This document shows positions 1 to 8,669 of a stretch of DNA of 64,000 bases, piece after piece (within the stretch, counting starts at the first letter, position 1; each line of letters begins with the position of its first letter). Both the position numbers and the translations under genes were made by a program. The notes under the pieces are model-generated. The model made no database searches. It had not been told where the DNA came from and saw nothing but the letters and a program-made list of their open reading frames with translations. The DNA is from a virus (lineage: Duplodnaviria; Heunggongvirae; Uroviricota; Caudoviricetes), in IMG/VR virus record IMGVR_UViG_3300027807_000001, positions 19,285-83,284 of that record, one strand, 5' to 3'.

Positions 1-481
1 GATCGCCATATGCAGCTGTGTGATATATCTTCAGATATCGAGTACCATCATCGACAACTTTGAAATCAGAGAAAGAAGCAGTAACAACGGGAGAGGATGT
101 TACAGGAGCAGCTATTTCTTTAAGGGCTGCTTTGGCTAACGCTTCTTTAATATCTTTAGCGATGACATCAACTTCAGACTTGTTAATAGAAACAGGGATA
201 GAGGCTATTCTTTCTTGGCTACCATCGAGGAATGATACCCTTGCAGTAATTTTGCCGGAGTACATCGGGACACTAGATTCTGCGTCTTCTGTAGCAGATA
301 AGCTATCAACCTTTGTTTCGAGGATCTTTGCACCCGCAATAGTTCTTAGATGCGCAGTGAGCGTTCGCTCCGCTTTAAATACAAATTTCGCTTTAATATC
401 CGACAAACGATATTCTTCAGCGGAATCTCTGCGCCGCAATGAATCGACCGCTTTAAACTTTCCGTCTAAATTGTTATCCAT
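1..481 (-). CDS. hypothetical protein, 3' end cut by window edge (MDNNLDGKFKAVDSLRRRDSAEEYRLSDIKAKF...)
   Basis: minus frame open from ATG (481-479) to position 2; SD AGGAGCACC upstream; K/E/D-rich protein-like composition; the + ORF 60-512 over it is low-complexity antisense. Confidence 0.5.
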   Translation of the reverse strand, partial: MDNNLDGKFKAVDSLRRRDSAEEYRLSDIKAKFVFKAERTLTAHLRTIAGAKILETKVDSLSATEDAESSVPMYSGKITARVSFLDGSQERIASIPVSINKSEVDVIAKDIKEALAKAALKEIAAPVTSSPVVTASFSDFKVVDDGTRYLKIYHTAAYGD

Positions 482-579
482 GGTGCTCCTCTGCTTTAAT
501 GACTTAACGTAAAATTGACATAACTTCTATATAAATAAACTGGCCGATAATAGTGTTTCTGCTTAGTTCGTCATAAAAA

Positions 580-602
580 TTGCACAGGCGACTGTGTATA
601 AT
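580..602 (+). promoter_or_regulatory. weak candidate promoter upstream of tmRNA (TTGCAC ... TGTGTATAAT)
   Basis: TATAAT at 597-602 with TG immediately upstream; -35-like TTGCAC at 580-585 sits too close (11 nt), so weak; about 20 nt before the tmRNA 5' end. Confidence 0.25.
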
Positions 603-622
603 TAATATAAGCGACAATATTT

Positions 623-992
623 GGGCCCGAATTGGCTTCGACTATGTTGCATTTTAGTTAATTGGTGTTCCGGGTTTGTCGGCTGGCCCGGTAACAAGCC
701 GACAAAACATAACTGACAAGTCGTTACTTGCAGTGGCGAATGAGATTGTCAACAACGCGTTTGCGCGCGAATTGGCAGTAGCGTAAGCCCTCGGCCTAAT
801 AAGCCGTGTCACCCCAGTAGGTCTTCGCTCTCTTCCCACTACTGGGATCACGAAGAGAGCTGGTGGAGGGTAGCATGAAGCAGTCTACCCCTGTAGTACA
901 GAAGTAAGTTGTCGAACTCAAATCGACTACGACACTAGACGTTAACTAAAATCAATTATAGCACGTGAGTTCGACTCTCACCGGGTCCACCA
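623..992 (+). ncRNA. ssrA: tmRNA (SsrA-like) with tag ORF ANEIVNNAFARELAVA*
   Basis: 5' GGGCCCGAATTGGCTTCGAC pairs with 3' CGGGTCC-ACCA acceptor; T-arm GTGAGTTCGACTCTCAC; length 370 nt; internal frame 736-786 encodes ANEIVNNAFARELAVA then TAA. Confidence 0.7.
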
Positions 993-998
993 CTTTAA

Positions 999-1337
999 AT
1001 GAGCGAAGACGATAAGTTCAGAGCAAACCTCTGCCGCATCCTAGGCCATAACTACGATGAGATGGGCGTATGCCTCCGCTGTGAACCGGAGATAAGTGCC
1101 CAGCTAAAACACTCTTTATATTCTATGTCTGTGGGACGTAAAATTACAGGTAACCTCTTGGAGGAGGCAAAGATGTGTGCGGCTAACGTTCTAGAAACAA
1201 TGCGCCAGGAGGGCAAAATAGATTCGTTCTCCGATTTGAGAACATCCCTATCCATCTACGGCTGCCCCACTATATTCGTAACCGTAAGATATCCACAGCA
1301 ACTGACTAATATCCAACTGCAGGTGCAATTTAGCTAA
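999..1337 (+). CDS. Cys-rich hypothetical protein (subfamily B motif NLCRILGHNY...CLRC)
   Basis: ATG ORF straight after tmRNA; LxCxLGH motif shared with about 10 other ORFs. Confidence 0.5.
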   Translation: MSEDDKFRANLCRILGHNYDEMGVCLRCEPEISAQLKHSLYSMSVGRKITGNLLEEAKMCAANVLETMRQEGKIDSFSDLRTSLSIYGCPTIFVTVRYPQQLTNIQLQVQFS

Positions 1338-1522
1338 TGGAAATTAGAGGTACGACTTGGGAAATTAAATGCAGCTGTGGCGAATTTATTTCAGCTGATG
1401 ATAACGCTCATAAGAGTAAATGTTTAGCTTTCCAGGTCAACGGCCTTATTGAGGAATACCGCGTCACCTTAGAAGTTCCTGCAGAGTACATAACTATGAC
1501 ATATGATTTTGAGCCAAGTTAA
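1337..1522 (+). CDS. hypothetical small protein
   Basis: TAATG overlap with previous ORF; 61 aa. Confidence 0.4.
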   Translation: MEIRGTTWEIKCSCGEFISADDNAHKSKCLAFQVNGLIEEYRVTLEVPAEYITMTYDFEPS

Positions 1523-1676
1523 AAAGTTACGTAGAGATCTCTGTAGAGCTGTAGGACATGCCGAGCTTGACGTTCGATACCGGTGTACCCGTTATAAAAA
1601 GTTTAATTGGGTGGGTTATTTATGATGGCGGTTACGCAATAATCAACCCCACGCCTATTATGTCTATAAATATATC

Positions 1677-1871
1677 ATGAGAGATGAAGATCTGCCCGAT
1701 TTTACCCCGACGCATATTAATTCCGCGATTAAAGAGTTTATTCCAAATCTTTGCTGCGAAGTCAACCCAACCGTAATAGTTTACCGGAAAAGAGTGTGTC
1801 AGCGCTGTTTTGACGTATTACGCGCTAGTTATGGAGCAGATGCCTGGATGCTAGGCGGCGGCAGTGAATAA
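1677..1871 (+). CDS. LCC-family Cys-rich mini-protein (LCCEVNP)
   Basis: N-terminal LCCxVNP motif followed by CxxC. Confidence 0.55.
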   Translation: MRDEDLPDFTPTHINSAIKEFIPNLCCEVNPTVIVYRKRVCQRCFDVLRASYGADAWMLGGGSE

Positions 1872-1921
1872 GTTAAATCACCTCACCAGGCCCAAACATT
1901 AGGTCTGAACAAAAGTTAAAC

Positions 1922-2149
1922 ATGTTTGAGCCGACAAAATCTCTAGAAACTATTCAGGCAGAACTATGCTGTTACGTAGCAAGAGCAGGAGGCTCTGTAG
2001 TAATTTCTTGTGACTCCTGCGGATGGTACATCTGTAACGAATGTTTTGTTGCACTGGGCCCAGTATCCGCCCAGATACTTTTACTGGGTACCTGTAAGAA
2101 TTGTCGTAAGCCTTTCTCCTCCCACCTGGATCACTTGTCCGATCCTTAA
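1922..2149 (+). CDS. LCC-family divergent member (LCCYVA...CDSCGWYICNEC)
   Basis: LCC motif plus CxxC and CxxC. Confidence 0.5.
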   Translation: MFEPTKSLETIQAELCCYVARAGGSVVISCDSCGWYICNECFVALGPVSAQILLLGTCKNCRKPFSSHLDHLSDP

Positions 2150-2292
2150 TCCCTCCTCCAAATTAAACAGCAACCCCGCTGTTTGGCCGTACCTCCCGCG
2201 AATTTTATTTGTCGCCCATCGAGGCATAAAGAAGGCGGCATCGCTGCTTCGCAACGCCGCACTCGCTCAATCTAATGAGATATCTTCAGAAA

Positions 2293-2511
2293 CTACGTTT
2301 CTTCAGGAGAATCTTCTCTCGGAATAAGGGGATCATCTTGCAAAGTCGCCATGCCCTTCTGGGCTAGATCAAGAAGAATCCACTTCAGTCTAGAGACCTT
2401 ACATCTAGTGCACTGACGTGGGCCCGGCTTATTGTCCCATGTATGCCCCATAAGGCGACAAAGATCTCTGCGCAGCTTCTTAATTTGGCTTATTCTCATC
2501 AGGTCGATCAT
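2293..2511 (-). CDS. Cys-containing hypothetical (LCRLMGHTW...CTRC, subfamily B-like)
   Basis: minus-strand ORF; subfamily B motif; first of a small minus-strand block 2293-3512. Confidence 0.45.
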   Translation of the reverse strand: MIDLMRISQIKKLRRDLCRLMGHTWDNKPGPRQCTRCKVSRLKWILLDLAQKGMATLQDDPLIPREDSPEET

Positions 2512-2717
2512 ACCAGCTTATCTAAGTGGACGCCGCTATCATCCAGGAGCTTTATTAACTTGTCGTAAAGCTCTGAGTCATGGATATCGGGATCATAAAT
2601 AATGTCGTATATCTTCTCGCGCAGCTTCTCTTTCTTATTTTGTCTTTTCATCGGAGAGCTCCATTTTAAATTGACTGATAAGTTCCTCTTGAAGTTTAAC
2701 TGCCTCCCGGTAATCAA
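2508..2717 (-). CDS. hypothetical protein (true start probably the internal ATG near 2652)
   Basis: minus ORF; overlaps the next minus ORF unless the internal start MKRQNKKEK is used. Confidence 0.35.
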   Translation of the reverse strand: MITGRQLNFKRNLSVNLKWSSPMKRQNKKEKLREKIYDIIYDPDIHDSELYDKLIKLLDDSGVHLDKLV

Positions 2718-2910
2718 AAGAGGAACTTAGGCCTAACACAGATCGAGTGTACACCTCCGCTTCAACTCGACACTCCTGATCTTTTGTCATCTCAAGATCG
2801 TACGCTTGCTTCAGTACTCGCCTAATAGGAGGAATCATGCAGGCGGCAACCTTCTTGTATCCATCTTCGGCCGACATTAATCTACTAAACGCCTCATCGA
2901 TGGGCTTCAC
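2635..2910 (-). CDS. hypothetical protein
   Basis: minus ORF of 91 aa with balanced composition. Confidence 0.45.
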   Translation of the reverse strand: MKPIDEAFSRLMSAEDGYKKVAACMIPPIRRVLKQAYDLEMTKDQECRVEAEVYTRSVLGLSSSFDYREAVKLQEELISQFKMELSDEKTK

Positions 2911-3000
2911 TGCAGCGCTGCCCGACTAACAAAATAGTACAACCCGCCGTACCCTACCACGAGAGTAATGGTACTTATTACTAAAAACCATAGGAAGTAT

Positions 3001-3222
3001 TTAAGATAGATCATTGTTTTCTACATGAATTGTTTCATGTCCACATTCAGGGTAATTACAACAGGGACAATTCTTAAGACGTTCTTCAGCCAACTGTGTT
3101 TGGAGTCTCACAACGTACTGTCTCATCTCTCTTAGCGCATGCAGGAGATCTATTACTTTACAATAATGTTTTGTCCCTGCCTCATAATTCTGAAGACATT
3201 CAGAGCAGCCCATGATTATCAA
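3001..3222 (-). CDS. Cys-rich hypothetical protein (CSEC...CPCCNYPEC)
   Basis: minus ORF; ATGA overlap with 3219-3512. Confidence 0.45.
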   Translation of the reverse strand: MIIMGCSECLQNYEAGTKHYCKVIDLLHALREMRQYVVRLQTQLAEERLKNCPCCNYPECGHETIHVENNDLS

Positions 3223-3512
3223 AAGGTCTGTCTGGCTGCTTGTCTTGCTGCCTTCGGTACTTCCTTCTTTGTATCCGGAAGCGGTTCCCAGGTTACGCTG
3301 CCATCTGCATGAATGACAAATACAATCGGATAAGCTTTCGGATGCAGCTTTCCATCAGATCCAGGCACTAAGACTACGGGTACTCCGATCAAGATGCCTG
3401 GATCAGCAGGAGGAGCAGCAGTCGCAGCAGTCGCGGCATACTTGGTTACCCCAACGACCAAGCCTACGATAAAACTAATTAATAAAATCCATCGGATTTT
3501 TGTGTTTTTCAT
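3219..3512 (-). CDS. small membrane or secreted protein
   Basis: N-terminal hydrophobic segment MKNTKIRWILLISFIVGLVVGV. Confidence 0.5.
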   Translation of the reverse strand: MKNTKIRWILLISFIVGLVVGVTKYAATAATAAPPADPGILIGVPVVLVPGSDGKLHPKAYPIVFVIHADGSVTWEPLPDTKKEVPKAARQAARQTF

Positions 3513-3865
3513 CCACCACCTCTATAAAAATCGACATATTCAATTTAATTATACACAGAAACCTAAAATTGGGTTTTAAAATTTTTGGTATATTTTAGGG
3601 CGATTTCGGCATTTAAACACAGATTTCGGGGTTTGGGTCGGCCGGATTTGGGGCTGATTTACTCCCAATCTTATACTATAATGTACCCTCAAAAATGCAG
3701 TTTGGGTGACAAATTTGGTAAAACCCGGGTACATTGAGAAAAACAAACAAAGTGGAAAAATGCACGATTTTGCCGGGTATATCTACCCCGGCGACATCCC
3801 CGGGTATATGCGGAGGGGATGTATACATGAGCGGGGTTAACATACCCCCGGAGGAGGTGGTAGCA

Positions 3866-3949
3866 ATGGAGAAGATGCTTGACATGCTGATGGCGTTGGT
3901 CTTGATCGTCAGCTTCGTAGAGTGGATTCGTTCGGAGGTGAACGGATGA
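3866..3949 (+). CDS. small hydrophobic peptide (MEKMLDMLMALVLIVSFVEWIRSEVNG)
   Basis: SD GGAGGAGGTG 8 nt upstream; first plus-strand gene after the divergent intergenic region. Confidence 0.35.
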   Translation: MEKMLDMLMALVLIVSFVEWIRSEVNG

Positions 3950-4083
3950 ACGTTAAGCAGAGAAGGAAGGCGGTGGATACTGATCAAGTCACCGTGCTGG
4001 ACGTTGTCGGGATGATCGCAGGAAGCGTGATCGTATTCGTTGGCATCTTAGCGTTCATCTTCGTTGCATCATTCAAAGGCTAA
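3946..4083 (+). CDS. small membrane protein (45 aa)
   Basis: ATGA overlap with previous ORF; transmembrane segment VVGMIAGSVIVFVGILAFIFVA. Confidence 0.4.
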   Translation: MNVKQRRKAVDTDQVTVLDVVGMIAGSVIVFVGILAFIFVASFKG

Positions 4084-4092
4084 GGAGGAAGT

Positions 4093-4347
4093 ATGATCAG
4101 CGTGTGTGCTTGGCATCAGCCTAAGCCGATTGTCATAGGGGAGAAGGAGCCTCTAGATGACAAACGTGAGACACACGTCATGTGTAACGATTGCGCGGCA
4201 GCTATTAATGCTGAGCTCGATCGAATCGAAAACAGAAGTAAAATCCATAGGAGAAAACAAATGAAGAAGCGAATCGTCAGCATCCTGATGTCAGCGAAGT
4301 TCCGCTGGGTTGCTTGCGGCAAGAAGCCGCTGTACATGGTGGACTAG
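4093..4347 (+). CDS. hypothetical protein (CAWHQ...CNDC)
   Basis: SD AAGGAGGAAG upstream of ATG. Confidence 0.5.
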   Translation: MISVCAWHQPKPIVIGEKEPLDDKRETHVMCNDCAAAINAELDRIENRSKIHRRKQMKKRIVSILMSAKFRWVACGKKPLYMVD

Positions 4348-4349
4348 CA

Positions 4350-4508
4350 ATGATCACACAACCGGAGCCTGCTGCTCCTCTTGGTTCGATCGTTCGCATT
4401 CGAATCGGAAGCGTGATCAAGACGGAGGAGGACTTAGGGCATTACGTTCTGCATGCGATTTACTCCATGCAGAGCGAGGGTCGTGAGTTCAAGAAGTTGG
4501 AGCGCTAG
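4350..4508 (+). CDS. hypothetical protein
   Basis: ATG just after previous stop; track start 4314 lies inside the previous gene. Confidence 0.4.
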   Translation: MITQPEPAAPLGSIVRIRIGSVIKTEEDLGHYVLHAIYSMQSEGREFKKLER

Positions 4509-4516
4509 GAGGAGCA

Positions 4517-4678
4517 ATGAAGAAGAAGAAGCTTGTCTTCGTCGTCCAAGTTGACATTGAAGAAGAGAAGGACTTCGACCTCCGAGAACCCAACGTCCGA
4601 AAGTACATTCGCGACTTCAAGGAGGAGACCGAAGCATTGTACGACACGCGAGTGAAGATCGATGAGGTCAAGTTGTAA
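4517..4678 (+). CDS. hypothetical acidic protein (53 aa)
   Basis: SD GGAGGAGCA then ATG; below the ORF track length cutoff. Confidence 0.4.
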   Translation: MKKKKLVFVVQVDIEEEKDFDLREPNVRKYIRDFKEETEALYDTRVKIDEVKL

Positions 4679-4746
4679 GTCGGTTCAATAGCTATACGCT
4701 ATTGTATTGATAAGTCGTTTAAAGTTGCTGCTGGGAGAAAACTACA

Positions 4747-4935
4747 ATGAACACTAACCACCCGCTGGACAAGTTCGTGAAGACGGTTGCGCCGAAGATT
4801 GTTCGCATCTCTTCGGGAGCGACGGCGTATATTCTGTCGCTCGAGCTGTTGGGACGATTGACGCCGCTGGGAGAGAAGATCTACACCGGCTGCGGCGACG
4901 ACATGAACAGCATGCAGCGAACGCCCGTTCGTTAG
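4747..4935 (+). CDS. hypothetical protein
   Basis: ATG ORF of 62 aa. Confidence 0.4.
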   Translation: MNTNHPLDKFVKTVAPKIVRISSGATAYILSLELLGRLTPLGEKIYTGCGDDMNSMQRTPVR

Positions 4936-4966
4936 TCAGCGGCCCAAAATTGGAATCGGAGGTCAA

Positions 4967-5140
4967 ATGAAAACGATGGTACTGATGTTGCTGGCGTGTC
5001 TTCTGATGTGCGGGTGCAAAGGAGATCAGGCGCCGTTCTTCTTCAACAACGGTCCTGATCAGAATGCGCCTGCGCACAAGGAGTGTCCGAGAGTGAGTGA
5101 CAGCTGCGGACCCAATTCGCCGCCTCACAAGGAGCTGTGA
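4967..5140 (+). CDS. putative lipoprotein (MKTMVLMLLACLLMCGCKGD...)
   Basis: signal peptide with lipobox-like LMCGC; SD GGAGG upstream. Confidence 0.45.
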   Translation: MKTMVLMLLACLLMCGCKGDQAPFFFNNGPDQNAPAHKECPRVSDSCGPNSPPHKEL

Positions 5141-5284
5141 TGAAACAACGACTGTTGTTTATGTACCTGATGTGGAAGCTGAGAAGCTTCTAACCTGTGC
5201 TACTTCCATCTGATGAGCCTCGGCGACAGCTACATGCTGTCGCCGAGGCTTTGTCTTTCTACTTGTAAGCTAATAGGAGAGTAT

Positions 5285-5608
5285 ATGAACAACGACATGC
5301 TGAAGGTTTCCACTGCGCGCCTTATCCTCGTCCGCGAGTTGGCGGAGGGGCCCAAGATGCACAAGCAGCTGCGCCTCGCCTACTTCGGCGAAGGACGAGC
5401 CGCTGGCAACGCTGCCAACACGTCCTTCTACAACAAGCTGAAGGCTGCTCTGGCGGATGGCTTGGTGAAGAAGACGGCTGTCGGAATGTACGAGCTCGAC
5501 ACCAAGGGTCTGGAAATGCTGACGTTCGTTCGCGAGCAGAAGATGGACCTGACGGCGGTGAAGAGCGAGGCGCAGGTGAGATGGGAGATGGAACACCCGC
5601 AGGCCTAA
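5285..5608 (+). CDS. winged-helix-like family protein, paralog A (LRLAYFGEGRAAGNAANTSFY)
   Basis: shares L-x-LRxAYFGExRA...T-FY...Y-LTE-G core with ORFs 7425, 8956 and 10425; SD TAGGAGAG. Confidence 0.6.
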   Translation: MNNDMLKVSTARLILVRELAEGPKMHKQLRLAYFGEGRAAGNAANTSFYNKLKAALADGLVKKTAVGMYELDTKGLEMLTFVREQKMDLTAVKSEAQVRWEMEHPQA

Positions 5609-5685
5609 GAAGTAACTGAAGAGGAGGGAATGAAAGGTCCGATCCCTTTCATAGTCGTTTAAATAAAAGCCATAGGAGAAAACAA

Positions 5686-6198
5686 ATGAGAATAGTGCTG
5701 TATGCTTCTATTCTTCCATCTGCCTGGAAGAAAGAATACCGTACGCAGGGCATTAAGAGAGTAGAGAACGTCAGTGATCTCTACGCTCAGCAGCGAGATG
5801 GCAAAGGAGGTTATATCGACATCAAGGATGCCATCTTAACGCAGGCGACCCCGTTCTGGATTCTATTCCCGAATCCTCCAGATTGGTCTAACGAAGTGGT
5901 GATTCAATTCTCTAAGGAATTGAAAGACATCTATGTTGACTTCGGAGATGAGCCCTCCGCGTATGCGGATCAGCTAATGCCGGAATGTCTAGAAGGAGAA
6001 GAAGAACTTACCTACGAGAAGCTTGATGTAGAGAAGTTCTTGAAGCAGAGCGCTCCCCTCTACGGTTCCTGGGTGAAGGAGATTCGCCCCGAAGAGATCA
6101 TGGGAGTCTACCGGCTGAAGCACAATTCGCAGACGCAGCTGGTTGACGGAGAAGAAGTGCATAAGTGGATGGAACGACAGCCGCGCGTTATAAAGTAA
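5686..6198 (+). CDS. hypothetical protein (170 aa)
   Basis: SD ATAGGAGAAAACAAATG. Confidence 0.55.
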   Translation: MRIVLYASILPSAWKKEYRTQGIKRVENVSDLYAQQRDGKGGYIDIKDAILTQATPFWILFPNPPDWSNEVVIQFSKELKDIYVDFGDEPSAYADQLMPECLEGEEELTYEKLDVEKFLKQSAPLYGSWVKEIRPEEIMGVYRLKHNSQTQLVDGEEVHKWMERQPRVIK

Positions 6199-6214
6199 CA
6201 AAGGAGAAAGCGAA

Positions 6215-6466
6215 ATGAAGAATGAGAGGCAGCCTCACCCACTCGGACCCTGGTTGTTCTACCAAGCGGAGTTCATTAAGATGAGGGACGACATCGGTCA
6301 TTACATGAAGTTGATGTTCGTCCGGAGAGATGGCAAACCGAACAAAGACTACCAGATGGTCTACGTGTGGGCTCCCAATACGGTCGTCGCTGTTCGTCAT
6401 ATCCTCTTCAGCGGAGAAGAGGATCTCACGAAGTTCAACGACGCGGTAATTCCTCGGAGGGAATGA
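6215..6466 (+). CDS. hypothetical protein
   Basis: SD AAAGGAGAAAG upstream. Confidence 0.5.
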   Translation: MKNERQPHPLGPWLFYQAEFIKMRDDIGHYMKLMFVRRDGKPNKDYQMVYVWAPNTVVAVRHILFSGEEDLTKFNDAVIPRRE

Positions 6467-6467
6467 C

Positions 6468-6668
6468 ATGGGTGAGAAGCTTCCGAAGTTGTATCCATAC
6501 CTCTTCACAGAGCGGCAGCGTTCCATCATTCACGCTGCTCTGGAAACAGAGTGGGAAGCAACCAGAGCTCTTCTAAAGGGAGAAGAGAACCGAGATGAGC
6601 TGATCACAATACGTGACTATATGAGTGAGACGGAGACACTCATGAAACAAATGAAGGAGGGACAATGA
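6468..6668 (+). CDS. hypothetical protein
   Basis: compact spacing; SD GGAGGGA. Confidence 0.45.
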   Translation: MGEKLPKLYPYLFTERQRSIIHAALETEWEATRALLKGEENRDELITIRDYMSETETLMKQMKEGQ

Positions 6669-6919
6669 GCAAGAAAGATAGACACATAGTCGTTCCTGAT
6701 ACGTTTGAAGAGGCCGAAGCTGCTGACACCAGTACTCTTGAATCTGATGGAATCATGGAGGCTGCTTCACACTTTGTTATGAGTGAGACGGAGCCCCTCG
6801 AGATCACAGAAGAGTATATGTGCACGGCTTGCTTCGACGTTTTCACCAAGGCTGACCTTAATGGTAACCTCGATGACTGCCCTAACTGCAAAGAGAAAGA
6901 AGTAATCATGGAGAGGTGA
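6665..6919 (+). CDS. zinc-ribbon-like hypothetical protein (CTAC...CPNC)
   Basis: ATGA overlap; two CxxC pairs. Confidence 0.5.
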   Translation: MSKKDRHIVVPDTFEEAEAADTSTLESDGIMEAASHFVMSETEPLEITEEYMCTACFDVFTKADLNGNLDDCPNCKEKEVIMER

Positions 6920-6925
6920 ATCGAA

Positions 6926-7105
6926 ATGAAGAAGAGAAGGAAAGAATTCATGGTCACAATCAAAGTGAAGTGGAGAACGTCTGATGGGATCTTTGCGTTG
7001 GAAGATCTCCACGCGCTTCTTCAGAAGTTGAATAATGAATTAGAGGCGACGGAGAAGGGAAAGTTCGAAGCAGGAACGACCGGCGCGACGTTCACCGCTA
7101 AGTAA
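6926..7105 (+). CDS. hypothetical protein (59 aa)
   Basis: SD GGAGAGGTGA; below track cutoff. Confidence 0.4.
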   Translation: MKKRRKEFMVTIKVKWRTSDGIFALEDLHALLQKLNNELEATEKGKFEAGTTGATFTAK

Positions 7106-7120
7106 CAAAGGAGAAATCAA

Positions 7121-7399
7121 ATGACTAAGAAAGATAAAGTAGCACTAGAGAGGGCTTGGAAGAGAAAGATGGAGCTTACTGCGAAGGCACACAAGATCCT
7201 CTTAAGAGGATCTAAACACTTCGAAAAGGTTCAATCGGAGATCTTCAAGAAGATACGTGCTAGGGCCCTTAAGAGACAGGTGAGGGAGCCGTGGATGGCT
7301 ACGACCTGGATTCCTGTCGTAGCTCCTCACTACGCTCCTTTCGATATAGTTGTTCGTATCGGGAGCAGAAGCAAGAAGCTCAGATACACCGTTAAGTAA
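7121..7399 (+). CDS. basic hypothetical protein
   Basis: SD AAAGGAGAAA; K/R-rich. Confidence 0.5.
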   Translation: MTKKDKVALERAWKRKMELTAKAHKILLRGSKHFEKVQSEIFKKIRARALKRQVREPWMATTWIPVVAPHYAPFDIVVRIGSRSKKLRYTVK

Positions 7400-7424
7400 A
7401 ATAAAACCAATAGGAGAAACTAAA

Positions 7425-7661
7425 ATGATGAAGATCACGTTCGAGAAGATGAAGATCCTGACGGCGCTGATCAACGGACCGAAATCTCACAAGCTCCTTC
7501 GCTTAGAGTACTACGGAGAGGAGCGAGCGAAGAACCCTGCTAACACTTCCTTCTATAATCAGCTCAACCGGATGATGGAGGCTGGACTGATCCAGAAAGA
7601 TGTTGTGGGCGTCTACAGCATCACGGAGTTCGGTCAGCAGGTTCTTGAGGAGGCTATCTAG
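7425..7661 (+). CDS. winged-helix-like family protein, paralog B (LRLEYYGEERAKNPANTSFY)
   Basis: family motif; SD TAGGAGAAAC. Confidence 0.6.
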   Translation: MMKITFEKMKILTALINGPKSHKLLRLEYYGEERAKNPANTSFYNQLNRMMEAGLIQKDVVGVYSITEFGQQVLEEAI

Positions 7662-7662
7662 C

Positions 7663-7836
7663 ATGAAAACATTATCAATAATCGAGGCGGTGATGGCTGC
7701 GTACCCCGACGTGAGATCATACGAGGTAACTCCTATGTTTGAGAACGAAGACGACCTCATTAAGTTCGCCCGCGAATGTGCGGCTTCAGTTGGAGCGAAA
7801 CTCGTCATCGATGTACGGCCATCAGACTACTTATAG
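7663..7836 (+). CDS. hypothetical protein (57 aa)
   Basis: SD GAGGAGG; start context GAGGCTATCTAGCATG repeated at 7836-7853. Confidence 0.4.
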   Translation: MKTLSIIEAVMAAYPDVRSYEVTPMFENEDDLIKFARECAASVGAKLVIDVRPSDYL

Positions 7837-7863
7837 AGAGGCTATCTAACATGGAGATACCCG

Positions 7864-8067
7864 ATGAATCCAATAGATGAGAAGTGCGTCTTCTGCGACG
7901 ACGTAGCCGTAATAGAAGTGTGCGGAGAGAAGCCCGACGTCTGGATAGCAGTATGCCAGGCACACATTGATGACTACCGGGTGCAGCTCTGCACTATCTG
8001 TGGGTGTCTTCTAACTAAGCACGCGGCTACCTGTTCTAAGAATCCCGCTGCGGGAGGTGGCGCATAA
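7864..8067 (+). CDS. Cys-rich hypothetical protein (CVFC...CQAH...CTICGC)
   Basis: ATG ORF of 67 aa. Confidence 0.45.
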   Translation: MNPIDEKCVFCDDVAVIEVCGEKPDVWIAVCQAHIDDYRVQLCTICGCLLTKHAATCSKNPAAGGGA

Positions 8068-8127
8068 GACTACATGCATCTGTCTGGGCCCAGGGGACAG
8101 GCAATTGTCTCTGCTACCCATACGTGT

Positions 8128-8160
8128 GGTGAGGTCTCAGGTGCACCTCACCAAAATAAA
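8128..8160 (+). terminator. intrinsic terminator hairpin GGTGAGGT/ACCTCACC with A/T-rich tail
   Basis: 8-bp GC-rich stem followed by AAAATAAAAA; ends the 3.8-8.1 kb gene block. Confidence 0.5.
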
Positions 8161-8180
8161 AAGGCCTTAAGTAAAATATA
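8146..8180 (+). promoter_or_regulatory. degenerate copy of the CCTCAC...TAAGTAAAATAT promoter-like element
   Basis: CCTCACC...TAAGTAAAATATA with a short spacer; overlaps the terminator 3' arm. Confidence 0.3.
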
Positions 8181-8214
8181 TCCTCAGCGTCTGCGCACGA
8201 CTCTATAGCCTTAT

Positions 8215-8250
8215 CCTCACAAAAAGATATAGGGTCGATAAGTAAAATAT
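8215..8250 (+). promoter_or_regulatory. promoter-like element CCTCACAAAAAG-N16-TAAAAT (copy 2)
   Basis: 10-copy conserved motif; -10-like TAAGTAAAATAT; 29 nt upstream of ORF 8279. Confidence 0.5.
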
Positions 8251-8278
8251 CGCATCACCTTCATAGGAGCCTATACAA

Positions 8279-8668
8279 ATGCTGACCCATGAACGCAATA
8301 AGAATCCTCGGACGAAGCGAGGGTGCCTCGCTTGCTACCAGATCGGTTCCACCGGAAAGGCGTTCGGATACATCGAGCTGACCTTGATGCCGATGTACGT
8401 CTCGAAGAAGGAAGGGGCGCCGCAGAAGTTGCCGGTCACGAAGGTCGTTGGTCTTTGCTTCAAGCATACCAAGGAGATGTGCGACCAGAGTCAGGGCTTC
8501 TGGCAAAAGACTCCCTTCGGGAAGATTCCCGTTCGCGATGAGGTCTACGCTCTTCGAGCGGAGTCCAAGGCCGTTAAGACTCCTTACTCCGCTCGGGACG
8601 AAGAGAAGACTTACCGGTCGGCGGCGCCGGGGGAGAGACCCTTCCTTCGCGTTCCGATGTGGTGGTGA
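8279..8668 (+). CDS. hypothetical protein (129 aa)
   Basis: first ATG after promoter copy 2; SD TAGGAG. Confidence 0.5.
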   Translation: MLTHERNKNPRTKRGCLACYQIGSTGKAFGYIELTLMPMYVSKKEGAPQKLPVTKVVGLCFKHTKEMCDQSQGFWQKTPFGKIPVRDEVYALRAESKAVKTPYSARDEEKTYRSAAPGERPFLRVPMWW

Positions 8669-8669
8669 C

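Noticed and set aside
60-512. + ORF of 150 aa
   Set aside because: Low-complexity S/A/L-rich sequence, antisense to a better minus-strand ORF (481->2) that has an SD.
654-851. minus ORF of 65 aa
   Set aside because: Lies inside the tmRNA gene.
4754-5596. minus ORFs 4754-5128 and 5270-5596
   Set aside because: GC-rich antisense frames that are R/S/P-rich, opposite clear plus-strand genes.
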